DNA from: Candidatus Spongiisociaceae bacterium | GTDB taxonomy: Bacteria > Actinomycetota > Acidimicrobiia > Spongiisociales > Spongiisociaceae | Direction: 5' to 3' | Length of the DNA: 64,000 nucleotides | NCBI GenBank assembly: GCA_965219685.1 | Contig: CBDCOH010000002.1 | Span: 1,344,001 to 1,408,000, forward strand | Shown: positions 19,414 through 28,302 of the stretch, one piece after another | How the letters are laid out: each line of letters opens with the position of its first letter | Numbering within the stretch: the first letter of the stretch is position 1 | Translations under genes and position numbers: made by a program | Notes under the pieces: generated by a model | The model's input: the letters and a program-made list of their open reading frames with translations, nothing else | Databases searched by the model: none | Told to the model about the DNA's origin: nothing

Positions 19414-19674
19414 GGTCACTGTGGATCTTGGATTATGTCACCGCAGACCATTGCCGTGCTCATCGGGTCAGCCGACCGGAAGGGTACGAGACTGTTCCAG
19501 AGTCGGGACGCCCTTCGTGGACAGTGACAGGGGGAGCCCAGCACCCAGTAAGAACTGATGGGTGAGGTTCAACAGAGTGACTACCGCGTTTTCCCTACCC
19601 TTGGGGATCGGCCATGATGGAGCCGGCTGGGCTAGCTTGAGTCGCCTGGCGATCGTTAAGAAGGGACGGAGCGC

Positions 19675-22600
19675 GTGGGTTTGAGTTGGTCGGACGTTAG
19701 AGCCTTGAACGGTTCACAGCGGAAGGGCTTTGAAGAGCTATGCGCTCAGTTGGCTCGGCTCGAGACACCGGCTGGCGCGGAGTTCTTCCGTAAGGGCAGC
19801 CCGGACAGTGGAGTCGAGTGCTTCTGCAAGCTCGAGGACGGCGGGGAATGGGGTTGGCAGGCGAAGTTCTTCCTCGAGTCTCTGGGTGACGGGCAGTGGG
19901 GGCAGATTGATCGATCGGTCAAGGCTGCGCTGGAGGCTCACCCGAGACTGGCCCGCTATTTCGTGTGTGTTCCGCGTGACCGTCCTGATAGCCGCAGAGA
20001 AGGCATTAAGACGGAGATGCAGAAGTGGCAGAAACGCGTCTCCACCTGGGAGAGCTGGGCCCAAGAACGTGGGATGGAAGTCGAGTTTGTGTGGTGGGGC
20101 TCATCTGAGTTGACGGACCTCCTCTCGCAAGACCACCAGGCTGGGCGTCTTCGGTTCTGGTTCGGCACCGCCGGACAGTTCAGCGGCGAGTGGTTCGACA
20201 AGCAGTTGGAGCGCGCTATAGCGGTGGCAGGGCCGCGGTATACACCGGAGGTTCATGTCGACGTGCCGATCGTCGGAGACTTCGAGTTGTTCGGCCGTAC
20301 GGAGGCCGCCGAGGCAACTGTGCGCGACCTTGCCAAGGAGATCCGGCAGACCTCTGCCTACGCCATTCGCAGCCTCGCCCGCGAAGGCACATCCAGCTCC
20401 GTGCCGGAGTTAGGTGATGTCGTTGAATCTGTGGAGACGGTCGTCGAGGCGCTCTATGCGATACGCTGCGTTGCGCATCAGCAGTGGCCGCTGTCAGAGA
20501 TTGCGTCAAGAATCGATGAGGCTCTCGATCGTCTATCGGCGTGCGTCGTACCCTTGTCGAGGGAGGCCGACGTATTCGAGTCACGTAACGAGACCGAGGA
20601 CATCTCCGGCAGGGTTCGACAGAACCCATACAAAGAAGCTGCCCACGACGTCCGTGCGATGCGACGCGCTCTGGGCGATGTCTGGTCAACGGTCAGACGG
20701 ATCGACCAGGTTGCCAACAGGGGTTTGTTGATCGTCACGGGTAAGGCTGGGTCAGGTAAGACGCATCTGTTTTGCGACGTGGCGACTCAGCGGTTAGCTC
20801 AAGGCTCCCCCACGGTGGTCTTGATGGGTCAGCAGTTCACCACGACAGAACCACCGTGGACACAAGCGCGCTCTCAGCTTGACCTCGCGGACCTGTCTGC
20901 TGAGCAGTTCGTGGGCGCACTTGAAGCCGCCGCGCAGGTCTCCAACGCTAGGGCACTGTTCATGATCGACGCGATTAACGAGGGAGAGGGCCGGGTGATC
21001 TGGCCACCACATCTCGCCGACCTTCTCACCCACCTGAACGCTTCGCCTTGGATCGGTGTCGTGCTGTCGGTTCGATTGCCCTTTGCTGGCCACATGGTCC
21101 CTGATCCGGTAAGGGACACCGCGTATGAGGTGGAACACCGTGGCTTCGCAGATGACCCCTACGCGGCTGTTGAACGATTCTGTGAGCACTACAGCCTGGA
21201 CTTCCCTTCGACACCACTGCTACGGGATGAATTCAGCAATCCGCTGTTCCTCAAGACCCTCTGCGAAGGGCTGCACAACCGCGGAGAGCGTAGCATTCCC
21301 CTCGGTTCTGAAGGCATCATCACGGTCTTCGACAGGCACTTGGAAGCAATCGACGCCACTCTCGCCACCAGACTGGATTATGACCCCCAAGATCGGATTG
21401 TCGTCCGGTCGCTCGACGCGGTGGCCTCAGAACTCGCCGAACGCGGAACCCGCTGGCTTCCCAAGCACAAAGCCCGAGAACTTGTCGATCCCCTGGCACC
21501 GGGCACCGGATACAGTCGCTCGATCTATCGAGCACTCGTCGACACTGGACTGTTGACAGAGATCCCGGGTTCCAGCCCTAACGACGAGTGGAGCGTCGCC
21601 TTCGGCTATGAGTGGTTCGCTGATCATCTGATTGCTGAGCACCTCATCGCCGGGTGCGCGGACGCTCACGAGTTGGTCCGCAAGCTGACGAGAGAACTTG
21701 GCGACCACCACTCACGGGCCTGGACTGTCCGGAACGCACCTTTGGACGCGTTGAGCATCCTGTTGCCGGAGCTGCTCGGAGTCGAACTGCCAGAGGCCTT
21801 CGCGGATCACAGGACCAGCCCCGGCATCAGCCGTGCCTTCTTGAGGGGCCTGCCATGGCGAGACCCGTCCCGAATCGGATCAAGCTGCCAGGAGTTGATC
21901 CTCGATCTACTCGCGGAGGCGCAGCACTCGGGGACGGTGGACATCTTCGACGCGCTCATGGCATGCGTGATTGTGCCCCATCATCCCCTTGGCGCCGGGT
22001 TCCTCGAACAACACTTGCGGCGACTTAAGATGCCTGACCGCGACGCGGTGTGGTCCCAATACCTTCACCTCGCGTACAGCCGCAACGGGCCACTGGACCG
22101 CCTCCTCGACTGGGCAGAGAAGCACCACGCGCGTACAGCAACGCTCGATCACGACACAGCCTCGGTGTGTGTCGCTGTGTTGGCCTGGTGCTTGACTGCT
22201 TCTAATCGCTTCGTTCGAGATCGCGCCACCAAGGGCCTAGTCGCGGTTTTGACCAACAAGATCCCGCTGGCATGTGAACTAGTCGAACGGTTCAACGATG
22301 TAGACGATCCCTACGTGCGTGAACGTGTCATGGCCGCGGCTTACGGCGTGGCGATGCGCAGCACCGACGCCCAATCGCTCGCCCTGCTTGCCGACTCCGT
22401 GCATCGCCTGATCTTCGCCGACGGGAAGCCTCCACCACACATCCTGCTACGCGACTACGCACGCGGTGTCATTGAACGAGCCGAGTACTTAGACGCTGAC
22501 ATCGAGGCCGACGCGATTCTCGTAGACCCCCCCTATCGCAGCGAATGGCCCCACATCCCAGGTGACGGCGAAATGAAGATACTCGATCCGCCCTTCGAGG

Positions 22601-24231
22601 AGGATCGTCCAGAGCCATCTAATGCTGCGAGGGCGCAGGGATACATACCCTTTTCGGTGATGCGATGGGACTTCGCTCATTATGTCATCGGCACCAACTC
22701 AAGGTCGGTATCCAACCATTGGCTATCTGTGCCGATCACGGATCCGCCATGGCAGTCACCACGAGAGCGTGCTGAGACCTTCGGCAGTTCACTTGACCGC
22801 GACCTGCAGGAGACCTTCAACGAACTTTGGACCGGCACTCGCCCCGTCGACTCGTTCATCTCGTTCATCAACTCTGCAGCCGAACTCGAATCCGACGTCG
22901 TTGACGAGTCGGCGCTGTCCTACACGATCACGGAGCCCTACATCGACCCCGAACTCGAAGCGCTGTTCGTCGCTGAGCTCAGGGACGAACAGAGAGCCGA
23001 ATACGAAGGTGCGAAGGCCGCCCGTGGCACCGACGAACCCCGTCTTGAACTCGACATCATCCAGCGCTATGTGCTTTGGAGGGTGTTCGATCTGGGATGG
23101 AACAGAGAGCGATTCGGTGACCTGGACTGGCGTATCCAGCACTCAAATAGCTTCTCGGGCCGCGACGCTCGCAAGCCGGAACGTATCGGTAAGAAGTATC
23201 AGTGGATCGCGTACCACGAGATCCTCGCGTTCATATCAGATCACTATCAATACTGGGACCCCTACTGCGACGTGCTACCCAGAGACGCGTATCGAGGGAC
23301 GTGGCAGCTATCCATTCGTGACATCGACCCTTCCGCCGTCATGGGCGCCGCAGCACCGCCTCGTGAGCGTAATGAAGGTTCCACCCGGTGGTGGAACCGC
23401 GACGTACTAGTCGCCTCAGTAGATGATGTGGGCGACCAGCAATGGTTAAGCCAAACATCCGACATCCCTGGCCGCGATCAGCAACTGCGTTACACAAACC
23501 CCGACAACGGCAGCATCTGGATCAAGCTGCATGGCATGGACATCTGGGAGTCACAACTCCCAGCGGGTTATGACCGCCACGAAGTCGATCATCGAGACAT
23601 CTGGCTATCCGCATTCGGATATCTCATCGACGCTACCGGGATCGAAGACTTCATCGAGTGGTCCAACACCGTGGACTTCTCAGGTCGCTGGATGCCAGAG
23701 CCCCCAGGGGCCTTCGACCTGTTTTTTGGCGAACTCGGCTGGAGCTTCGCTTCCCAAGCCCTACTCGGCAACCAACCGGGAGCAGAGCAACCCAGACCCC
23801 GAGGCGGTGGCCCCCGATGCCCGGTACCTCTACAGCCAGCCGCTTTCCAATGCTCCGCCAACGGCGGCGGGTACGACTGCTCACTCGCCCACAGCGGAGT
23901 ATTTTACCGACCCAACCCTTGTCTAGTCGAAACCATGAACCTACAGTGGACGGGTCAGGGCGCCGACTTCGCACACCCAGACGGGACCCTCGCAGTGTTC
24001 GACCCGTCAGCGCACGACAACGGACGAGGAGCGCTTCTCGCGCAGGAAGAGACTCTGGCGCGCTTCTTGGACCAAACACGCTCAGCCCTCGTATGGGTGA
24101 TCGCCGCCGAAAAGCGTGCGATCAAACCCCGACGCTCTCAACACGCTCAATCACGCTTCCTGGGACTCCAGGGTACCTGTGTGTACCAACCCGGACCCCT
24201 AGCCGGCGATCTCACCACACACCCCGCATAG
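19675..24231 (+). CDS. Avs (AVAST)-like antiviral STAND NTPase, probably Avs2-type, with N-terminal PD-(D/E)xK-like nuclease
   Basis: N-terminal FEELCAQL...PDSGVEC...WGWQAKFF; Walker A GKAGSGKT; Walker B FMIDAINE; NPLFLKTLC; ERIGKKYQWIAYHE; 1518 aa. Confidence 0.8.
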   Translation: MGLSWSDVRALNGSQRKGFEELCAQLARLETPAGAEFFRKGSPDSGVECFCKLEDGGEWGWQAKFFLESLGDGQWGQIDRSVKAALEAHPRLARYFVCVPRDRPDSRREGIKTEMQKWQKRVSTWESWAQERGMEVEFVWWGSSELTDLLSQDHQAGRLRFWFGTAGQFSGEWFDKQLERAIAVAGPRYTPEVHVDVPIVGDFELFGRTEAAEATVRDLAKEIRQTSAYAIRSLAREGTSSSVPELGDVVESVETVVEALYAIRCVAHQQWPLSEIASRIDEALDRLSACVVPLSREADVFESRNETEDISGRVRQNPYKEAAHDVRAMRRALGDVWSTVRRIDQVANRGLLIVTGKAGSGKTHLFCDVATQRLAQGSPTVVLMGQQFTTTEPPWTQARSQLDLADLSAEQFVGALEAAAQVSNARALFMIDAINEGEGRVIWPPHLADLLTHLNASPWIGVVLSVRLPFAGHMVPDPVRDTAYEVEHRGFADDPYAAVERFCEHYSLDFPSTPLLRDEFSNPLFLKTLCEGLHNRGERSIPLGSEGIITVFDRHLEAIDATLATRLDYDPQDRIVVRSLDAVASELAERGTRWLPKHKARELVDPLAPGTGYSRSIYRALVDTGLLTEIPGSSPNDEWSVAFGYEWFADHLIAEHLIAGCADAHELVRKLTRELGDHHSRAWTVRNAPLDALSILLPELLGVELPEAFADHRTSPGISRAFLRGLPWRDPSRIGSSCQELILDLLAEAQHSGTVDIFDALMACVIVPHHPLGAGFLEQHLRRLKMPDRDAVWSQYLHLAYSRNGPLDRLLDWAEKHHARTATLDHDTASVCVAVLAWCLTASNRFVRDRATKGLVAVLTNKIPLACELVERFNDVDDPYVRERVMAAAYGVAMRSTDAQSLALLADSVHRLIFADGKPPPHILLRDYARGVIERAEYLDADIEADAILVDPPYRSEWPHIPGDGEMKILDPPFEEDRPEPSNAARAQGYIPFSVMRWDFAHYVIGTNSRSVSNHWLSVPITDPPWQSPRERAETFGSSLDRDLQETFNELWTGTRPVDSFISFINSAAELESDVVDESALSYTITEPYIDPELEALFVAELRDEQRAEYEGAKAARGTDEPRLELDIIQRYVLWRVFDLGWNRERFGDLDWRIQHSNSFSGRDARKPERIGKKYQWIAYHEILAFISDHYQYWDPYCDVLPRDAYRGTWQLSIRDIDPSAVMGAAAPPRERNEGSTRWWNRDVLVASVDDVGDQQWLSQTSDIPGRDQQLRYTNPDNGSIWIKLHGMDIWESQLPAGYDRHEVDHRDIWLSAFGYLIDATGIEDFIEWSNTVDFSGRWMPEPPGAFDLFFGELGWSFASQALLGNQPGAEQPRPRGGGPRCPVPLQPAAFQCSANGGGYDCSLAHSGVFYRPNPCLVETMNLQWTGQGADFAHPDGTLAVFDPSAHDNGRGALLAQEETLARFLDQTRSALVWVIAAEKRAIKPRRSQHAQSRFLGLQGTCVYQPGPLAGDLTTHPA

Positions 24232-24561
24232 CGGAAACCGTCCCCCTCTCGACCAAACCACCAAACAACGGCCCGACCTCGATTCGTGACGAACAAAGCG
24301 GCGCTGCGCGGAAACACTCATATTTGTAGGGTCCTCCTCGGCTGGGGCCCGGTCTGACCCACGTGAGAACTGGCGTTTGGTGCCTTTCACTCGACACCCG
24401 TCAAGCACCGGTCACTAGTAGAAGAAGATTCTCACCGTCGAAGAAAGAGTAGAGACAATTGGACGAGTGTTGAATTCCTATCGACCCGCGCGGCACAAGT
24501 GAAGAGGGACACTCCCAAGATCTTGGAGGGCAAGGACCTCCGCAACCGGTGAAGTCGGCGA

Positions 24562-25752
24562 TCAAGCGTCTTGTGTCGCTCCGGCGAGCTTTTCGATGTC
24601 TGTTTCGCCGGGGGCTTGTTGGGGCATCCAGCTGACCAGCTTCTTGAAGCCTTCGTTGAGCAGGAAGAAGGTCGTGAGGGAATAGAACGCCACGATGAAG
24701 GCGACTATCAGGAGGCGGGCGGTGTTGGTTTGCTGTACCGCCGCGTCGGCCAGGTAGCCCAGGCCGGAGGAGTAGCCCAGGAACTCAGCGGCGATCGCCA
24801 GTGACCAACCGCCTCCCATGGCGAGGAGCAGGGCGGAGCGCATTTCTGGAATCGCGGCCGGCACTATCACTCTGTAATAGGTCTGCCGCCGGGAGGCGCC
24901 CAGGGTGCGGGCCCTTTCGATGTACAGGTCGGGCACGTTGGCTACCGCATTCATGGTGGCCACCACGAGCACCGTCCACGCTCCGAAGGCTATGTAGAGG
25001 GTGATACCGGAGAAGGTGTTGCCCGCCACGAACTGCAACCACGGGGCAGCTACCAGGAGGGGGATCATCCTCAGGAAGTTCATGGGCGCCCAGGCGGTCC
25101 GGCCCACTGCCGGCCAGTAGGGAAGGGCCAGCCCGGTCAGGACACCGAGCGTGATACCGCCCACCAGGCCAACCAGCAGCCTGAAAAGCGTGACACCGGA
25201 GTGATAGGCGATTGCGAGGAACACGGCCAGCCAGGTGGGCTCCCCACCATGTGTGGGGAAAGGCGCCAGCGCTTCGAAGTTGAAGGTCGCGAACCCGAAG
25301 TTCAACTCGCGGATGGCCCAGAATCTGGACATTCCGAACAGGGTCTCACCGAACACGTAGTCCCAACCCGGAACCAGGGGTTGCTCGAGAGTTCCCGCCG
25401 GCACGATGTAGGACGCCACCTGCCATGCCACCAGTAACACCGCCCACGAGACGAAGAAGAACGGGCTGCGGCGCATACCGGCCCAGAGCATCCACGGCCC
25501 GGCCACTATCCCCCATGCCGCCCTGACCATGCAGTCCCTGACCTGGGCCGGGCGGAGCACCACCGGCCAGGCCCAGAACAGCACCCACCAGGAGACGATC
25601 AAGGACCACGTGACGTAGATCACACCATCACGATGCGCCCAGGTAACGAACGGAAGGCCCTCCGGCAACCGAAGGAGCAACCTCGTGGCCAGGACAGCCC
25701 AGATCAACCATCCAATCCAGTAGAGCCTTCGGAAGGGGGCAGGCTGGTTCAA
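24562..25752 (-). CDS. NitT/TauT-type ABC transporter permease
   Basis: TM helices; ERARTLGASRRQTYYRVIVPAAIP (EAA loop). TTG start after GGAGGAGG; the upstream part of the 997-aa track ORF is spurious. Confidence 0.85.
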   Translation of the reverse strand: MNQPAPFRRLYWIGWLIWAVLATRLLLRLPEGLPFVTWAHRDGVIYVTWSLIVSWWVLFWAWPVVLRPAQVRDCMVRAAWGIVAGPWMLWAGMRRSPFFFVSWAVLLVAWQVASYIVPAGTLEQPLVPGWDYVFGETLFGMSRFWAIRELNFGFATFNFEALAPFPTHGGEPTWLAVFLAIAYHSGVTLFRLLVGLVGGITLGVLTGLALPYWPAVGRTAWAPMNFLRMIPLLVAAPWLQFVAGNTFSGITLYIAFGAWTVLVVATMNAVANVPDLYIERARTLGASRRQTYYRVIVPAAIPEMRSALLLAMGGGWSLAIAAEFLGYSSGLGYLADAAVQQTNTARLLIVAFIVAFYSLTTFFLLNEGFKKLVSWMPQQAPGETDIEKLAGATQDA

Positions 25753-25778
25753 ACCGTCATCGCCTCCTCCCCGAGTCC

Positions 25779-26729
25779 CTACAGCCCCAGCCGGTGACCG
25801 GCCTCGGACCATCCGGTGAACGAACGTATTACCAGTACCAGGATCCCGTCGACTACCACAGCCAGCACGCCGAAGAACAGGATCAGGGAGATCATCCCGG
25901 TCGGCCCCTCCGAGAGTCCCGCCGCGTGGCTCCACATGCGGATCAGGAACCCTCCTCCCATCTGTGATCCCATCACCTCCACCAGCGTCCCCAAACCCCA
26001 CGCCAGTCCCATAGTGATCCGGAGGCCTCCGGCGATCTCCGGAATCGTTCCCCGCAGATAGACCCATCGGAACATGGTGCGGCGGTCCCCTCCCCTGGTG
26101 AGGGCCGATTCGATGATCTCCACCGGTATGTTCTGGGCCGCCCGGCGGCTGAAGAAGTACATGAGAAGGGTGGTATGGAAGGCAACAACCCCGATGGTGG
26201 CCAGCAGGGGATGCTCGATCCCGAACCAGATCACGAAGAAAGGCGCGATCATGAAGATCGGCAGGGTTCCGAAGAAACCGGCTACCGGTGCGACCAGATC
26301 GGCAATCCGCGGTGAGAGCAGACTGCCCAGTCCAACCCCCAAGCCGATGACCGTCCCCAGCGCGACTGCCATCAGGATGTTGCGGATGGTCCACAACAGA
26401 TGGAGCGTGTACCCGAAGCAGTAGTCGGGGAGGGCGGACATCCTCCCCCTCTTGAACTCCACCTCCTGCACCAGCTCCGGACAGGCGTGGATGAACCGGC
26501 CCATCATCGGCTCGCTGAACAACAGGTTCTCCCCGAAATGGGCGACTGTGGCGATCGGCGTCGGAAAGAGAACAAAAAGGGACGAGAAGGGCGGGGCTAA
26601 CAACTGCCAGAACAGCAGAAAGAGTATTAACCCCGAAACCAGGTAGATGACGTGGGAGGCCTGGCCGCGCCGCCTTTCTCGGCGCGCCGCGACTCTCACC
26701 TCGAGAGTGTCGGTGCTGGTCGTGGTCAC
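25779..26729 (-). CDS. NitT/TauT-type ABC transporter permease
   Basis: LFPTP, ESALTRGGDRRTMFRWVYLRGTIPEIAGGLR. Confidence 0.85.
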   Translation of the reverse strand: MTTTSTDTLEVRVAARRERRRGQASHVIYLVSGLILFLLFWQLLAPPFSSLFVLFPTPIATVAHFGENLLFSEPMMGRFIHACPELVQEVEFKRGRMSALPDYCFGYTLHLLWTIRNILMAVALGTVIGLGVGLGSLLSPRIADLVAPVAGFFGTLPIFMIAPFFVIWFGIEHPLLATIGVVAFHTTLLMYFFSRRAAQNIPVEIIESALTRGGDRRTMFRWVYLRGTIPEIAGGLRITMGLAWGLGTLVEVMGSQMGGGFLIRMWSHAAGLSEGPTGMISLILFFGVLAVVVDGILVLVIRSFTGWSEAGHRLGL

Positions 26730-26937
26730 TGTTCCTCTTCGCCGTCCTCGTGGTCCTCAATTCGCCCGCAGGACGAGGCGCGCTCGGCGCCCTCCTGTTG
26801 GCCGACTGGGCACACGCTACCGGAACCCTATCCGATGAGGGCGGTCTCCAGATGGCGCCGAGCGCCGGCGGTACTCCCGACGCACGGGCGTCCGGCCTTC
26901 CGGGACGGCGACCCTCGACAGACTTTGGCAAGGTGTT

Positions 26938-26957
26938 TGATATCATTGTTGATATCA
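26938..26957 (+). promoter_or_regulatory. Tandem palindromic operator of the TA locus
   Basis: TGATATCA-TTGT-TGATATCA. Confidence 0.6.
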
Positions 26958-27020
26958 GTGGTCGGTAGAGGTCGAGCCGGAAGTCGAGAAATGGATCGAC
27001 GTGCACCCGAGGAGGAGTGA
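26956..27020 (+). pseudogene. Internally deleted RelE/HigB (Gp49-like) toxin
   Basis: WSVEVEPEVEKWID (Gp49-like N-terminus) joined directly to an APEEE-stop tail that overlaps the antitoxin start. Confidence 0.6.
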
Positions 27021-27322
27021 TGGCGCGTCCGACGATTGAGGAGTTGCGAGACAGACGGCTCAGCGCGATGAGCGCCGACGAGCGCGTCGAGTTCGACGAG
27101 GCCCTTGCCGCGGCTCGCCTAGCTCTGGAGGTGGGAGAGAAGGTCCGCGACGCGCGAGAGGCCGCAGGGCTGACACAGCGCGACCTTGCCGCTCGCATGT
27201 CGACGAGCCAGGCCGCGGTTGCCCGCCTCGAAACGGGCCGCACGAGCGCCACGCTCACGACACTCCACAGGGTCGCAGCCGCCCTCGACATGACGATCAC
27301 GGTCAACCTGGCCCAAACATGA
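27017..27322 (+). CDS. XRE/HigA-like HTH antitoxin
   Basis: VRDAREAAGLTQRDLAARMSTSQAAVARLETG. Confidence 0.9.
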   Translation: MMARPTIEELRDRRLSAMSADERVEFDEALAAARLALEVGEKVRDAREAAGLTQRDLAARMSTSQAAVARLETGRTSATLTTLHRVAAALDMTITVNLAQT

Positions 27323-27570
27323 CCGCGACCGTGAGGGCCAGATACTCGGACGGCGTCCTCGTCCCGCTGGAGCCCCTGGACCTCGAGGACGGAAGCGAAG
27401 TGACGCTGTCGATCGATGACGCGCCCCCTCCCCGTAGCGGCCTCGCCGGAATCGTGGATAGCGCCAAGAAGCTCTACGAGGCCGCCCCCTTCGACGCGTC
27501 GGACGACCTCCCGGTCGATCTGGCGATGAACAAGAAGCACTACCTGTATGGCCATTCGCAGGAGGGATAA
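27319..27570 (+). CDS. AF2212/DUF104-like antitoxin
   Basis: TVRARYSDGVLVPLEPLDLEDGSEVTL; C-terminal DLAMNKKHYLYG. Confidence 0.8.
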   Translation: MTATVRARYSDGVLVPLEPLDLEDGSEVTLSIDDAPPPRSGLAGIVDSAKKLYEAAPFDASDDLPVDLAMNKKHYLYGHSQEG

Positions 27571-27614
27571 GTAGACCGGCTTCGTCGCCTTGCTCAGGGA
27601 GGGCGACCTATAGA
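27571..27614 (+). pseudogene. Possible stub of PIN toxin
   Basis: VD/GFVALLREGD resembles a PIN N-terminus (FVDTxxFVALLxxxD); no start codon; frameshifted. Confidence 0.4.
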
Positions 27615-27618
27615 CCGG

Positions 27619-28302
27619 CTACTCGGCGATCCAGATGGCGGTGTCGACCGCCACGGGGGTGCCGTTCTCCTGGAGTAGGAGGGGGTTGACGTCGATCGCT
27701 TCGATGTGGTCGTTCTCGAGGCCGACGCGGCCGAGAGCGACAAGGGTTCTGGACAGGGCGGAGCGGTCGGCGGGGGCTGTGCCGCGGACGGGGCCGAGGA
27801 TGGCCGAACCCCGGATGCCGTCCATCATCGCTGAGGCGTCGCGTTCCTGCAGCGGGGCTATCCGGAAGCAGACGTCGTCCAGAACCTCGGTGAAGATGCC
27901 GCCCAGGCCGAACATCACGCAGGGGCCGAACTGGGGGTCCCGGATCATGCCGGCCACCAACTCACGGGCTCCTCTTATTTGGGGCTGCACCAGGATGCCG
28001 TCCAGCATTCCGGCTGCGGCGGTCTCGATGGCTGTGAAGGCCGATGCGACTTCGGCGCTCGTGGTGAGGTTCAGCTTGACGATCCCGGCCTCCGACTTGT
28101 GCGTCAGGTCGGCGCTACATCCCTTCAGCACCACGGGGTATCCCGTACCGGCGGCCGCTTCCACAGCCTCCTGCTGCGTGGTGGCGAGGGTCGCTGCCGC
28201 CACGGGAATGCCGTAGCTCTCGAGGATGTTCCTGCTCTCGAACTCCGACAGCGATCGCAGCTGGCCATCTCGGCTCGGCATGCCGGCCTCGGGCTCCATC
28301 AC
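27619..28302 (-). CDS. ADP-forming acyl-CoA synthetase, ATP-grasp (beta) subunit
   Basis: GYPVVLKG, HKSEAGIV, DPQFGPCVMFGLGG, DVNPL. Confidence 0.92.
   Translation of the reverse strand: MMEPEAGMPSRDGQLRSLSEFESRNILESYGIPVAAATLATTQQEAVEAAAGTGYPVVLKGCSADLTHKSEAGIVKLNLTTSAEVASAFTAIETAAAGMLDGILVQPQIRGARELVAGMIRDPQFGPCVMFGLGGIFTEVLDDVCFRIAPLQERDASAMMDGIRGSAILGPVRGTAPADRSALSRTLVALGRVGLENDHIEAIDVNPLLLQENGTPVAVDTAIWIAE

Noticed and set aside
5000-24300. Defence island as a prophage or integrative element
   Set aside because: No integrase, transposase, tRNA target or phage structural genes are visible in the window.
24232-24561. Purine-rich stretch after the Avs gene as a small partner gene
   Set aside because: No convincing start, RBS or motif; may be a gene remnant but cannot be supported.
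24562-27555. 997-aa minus-strand ORF as a single giant permease fusion
   Set aside because: Only the last ~396 aa look like a permease. The rest overlaps another permease in a different frame and two plus-strand antitoxins, and an RBS with TTG lies at 25752.
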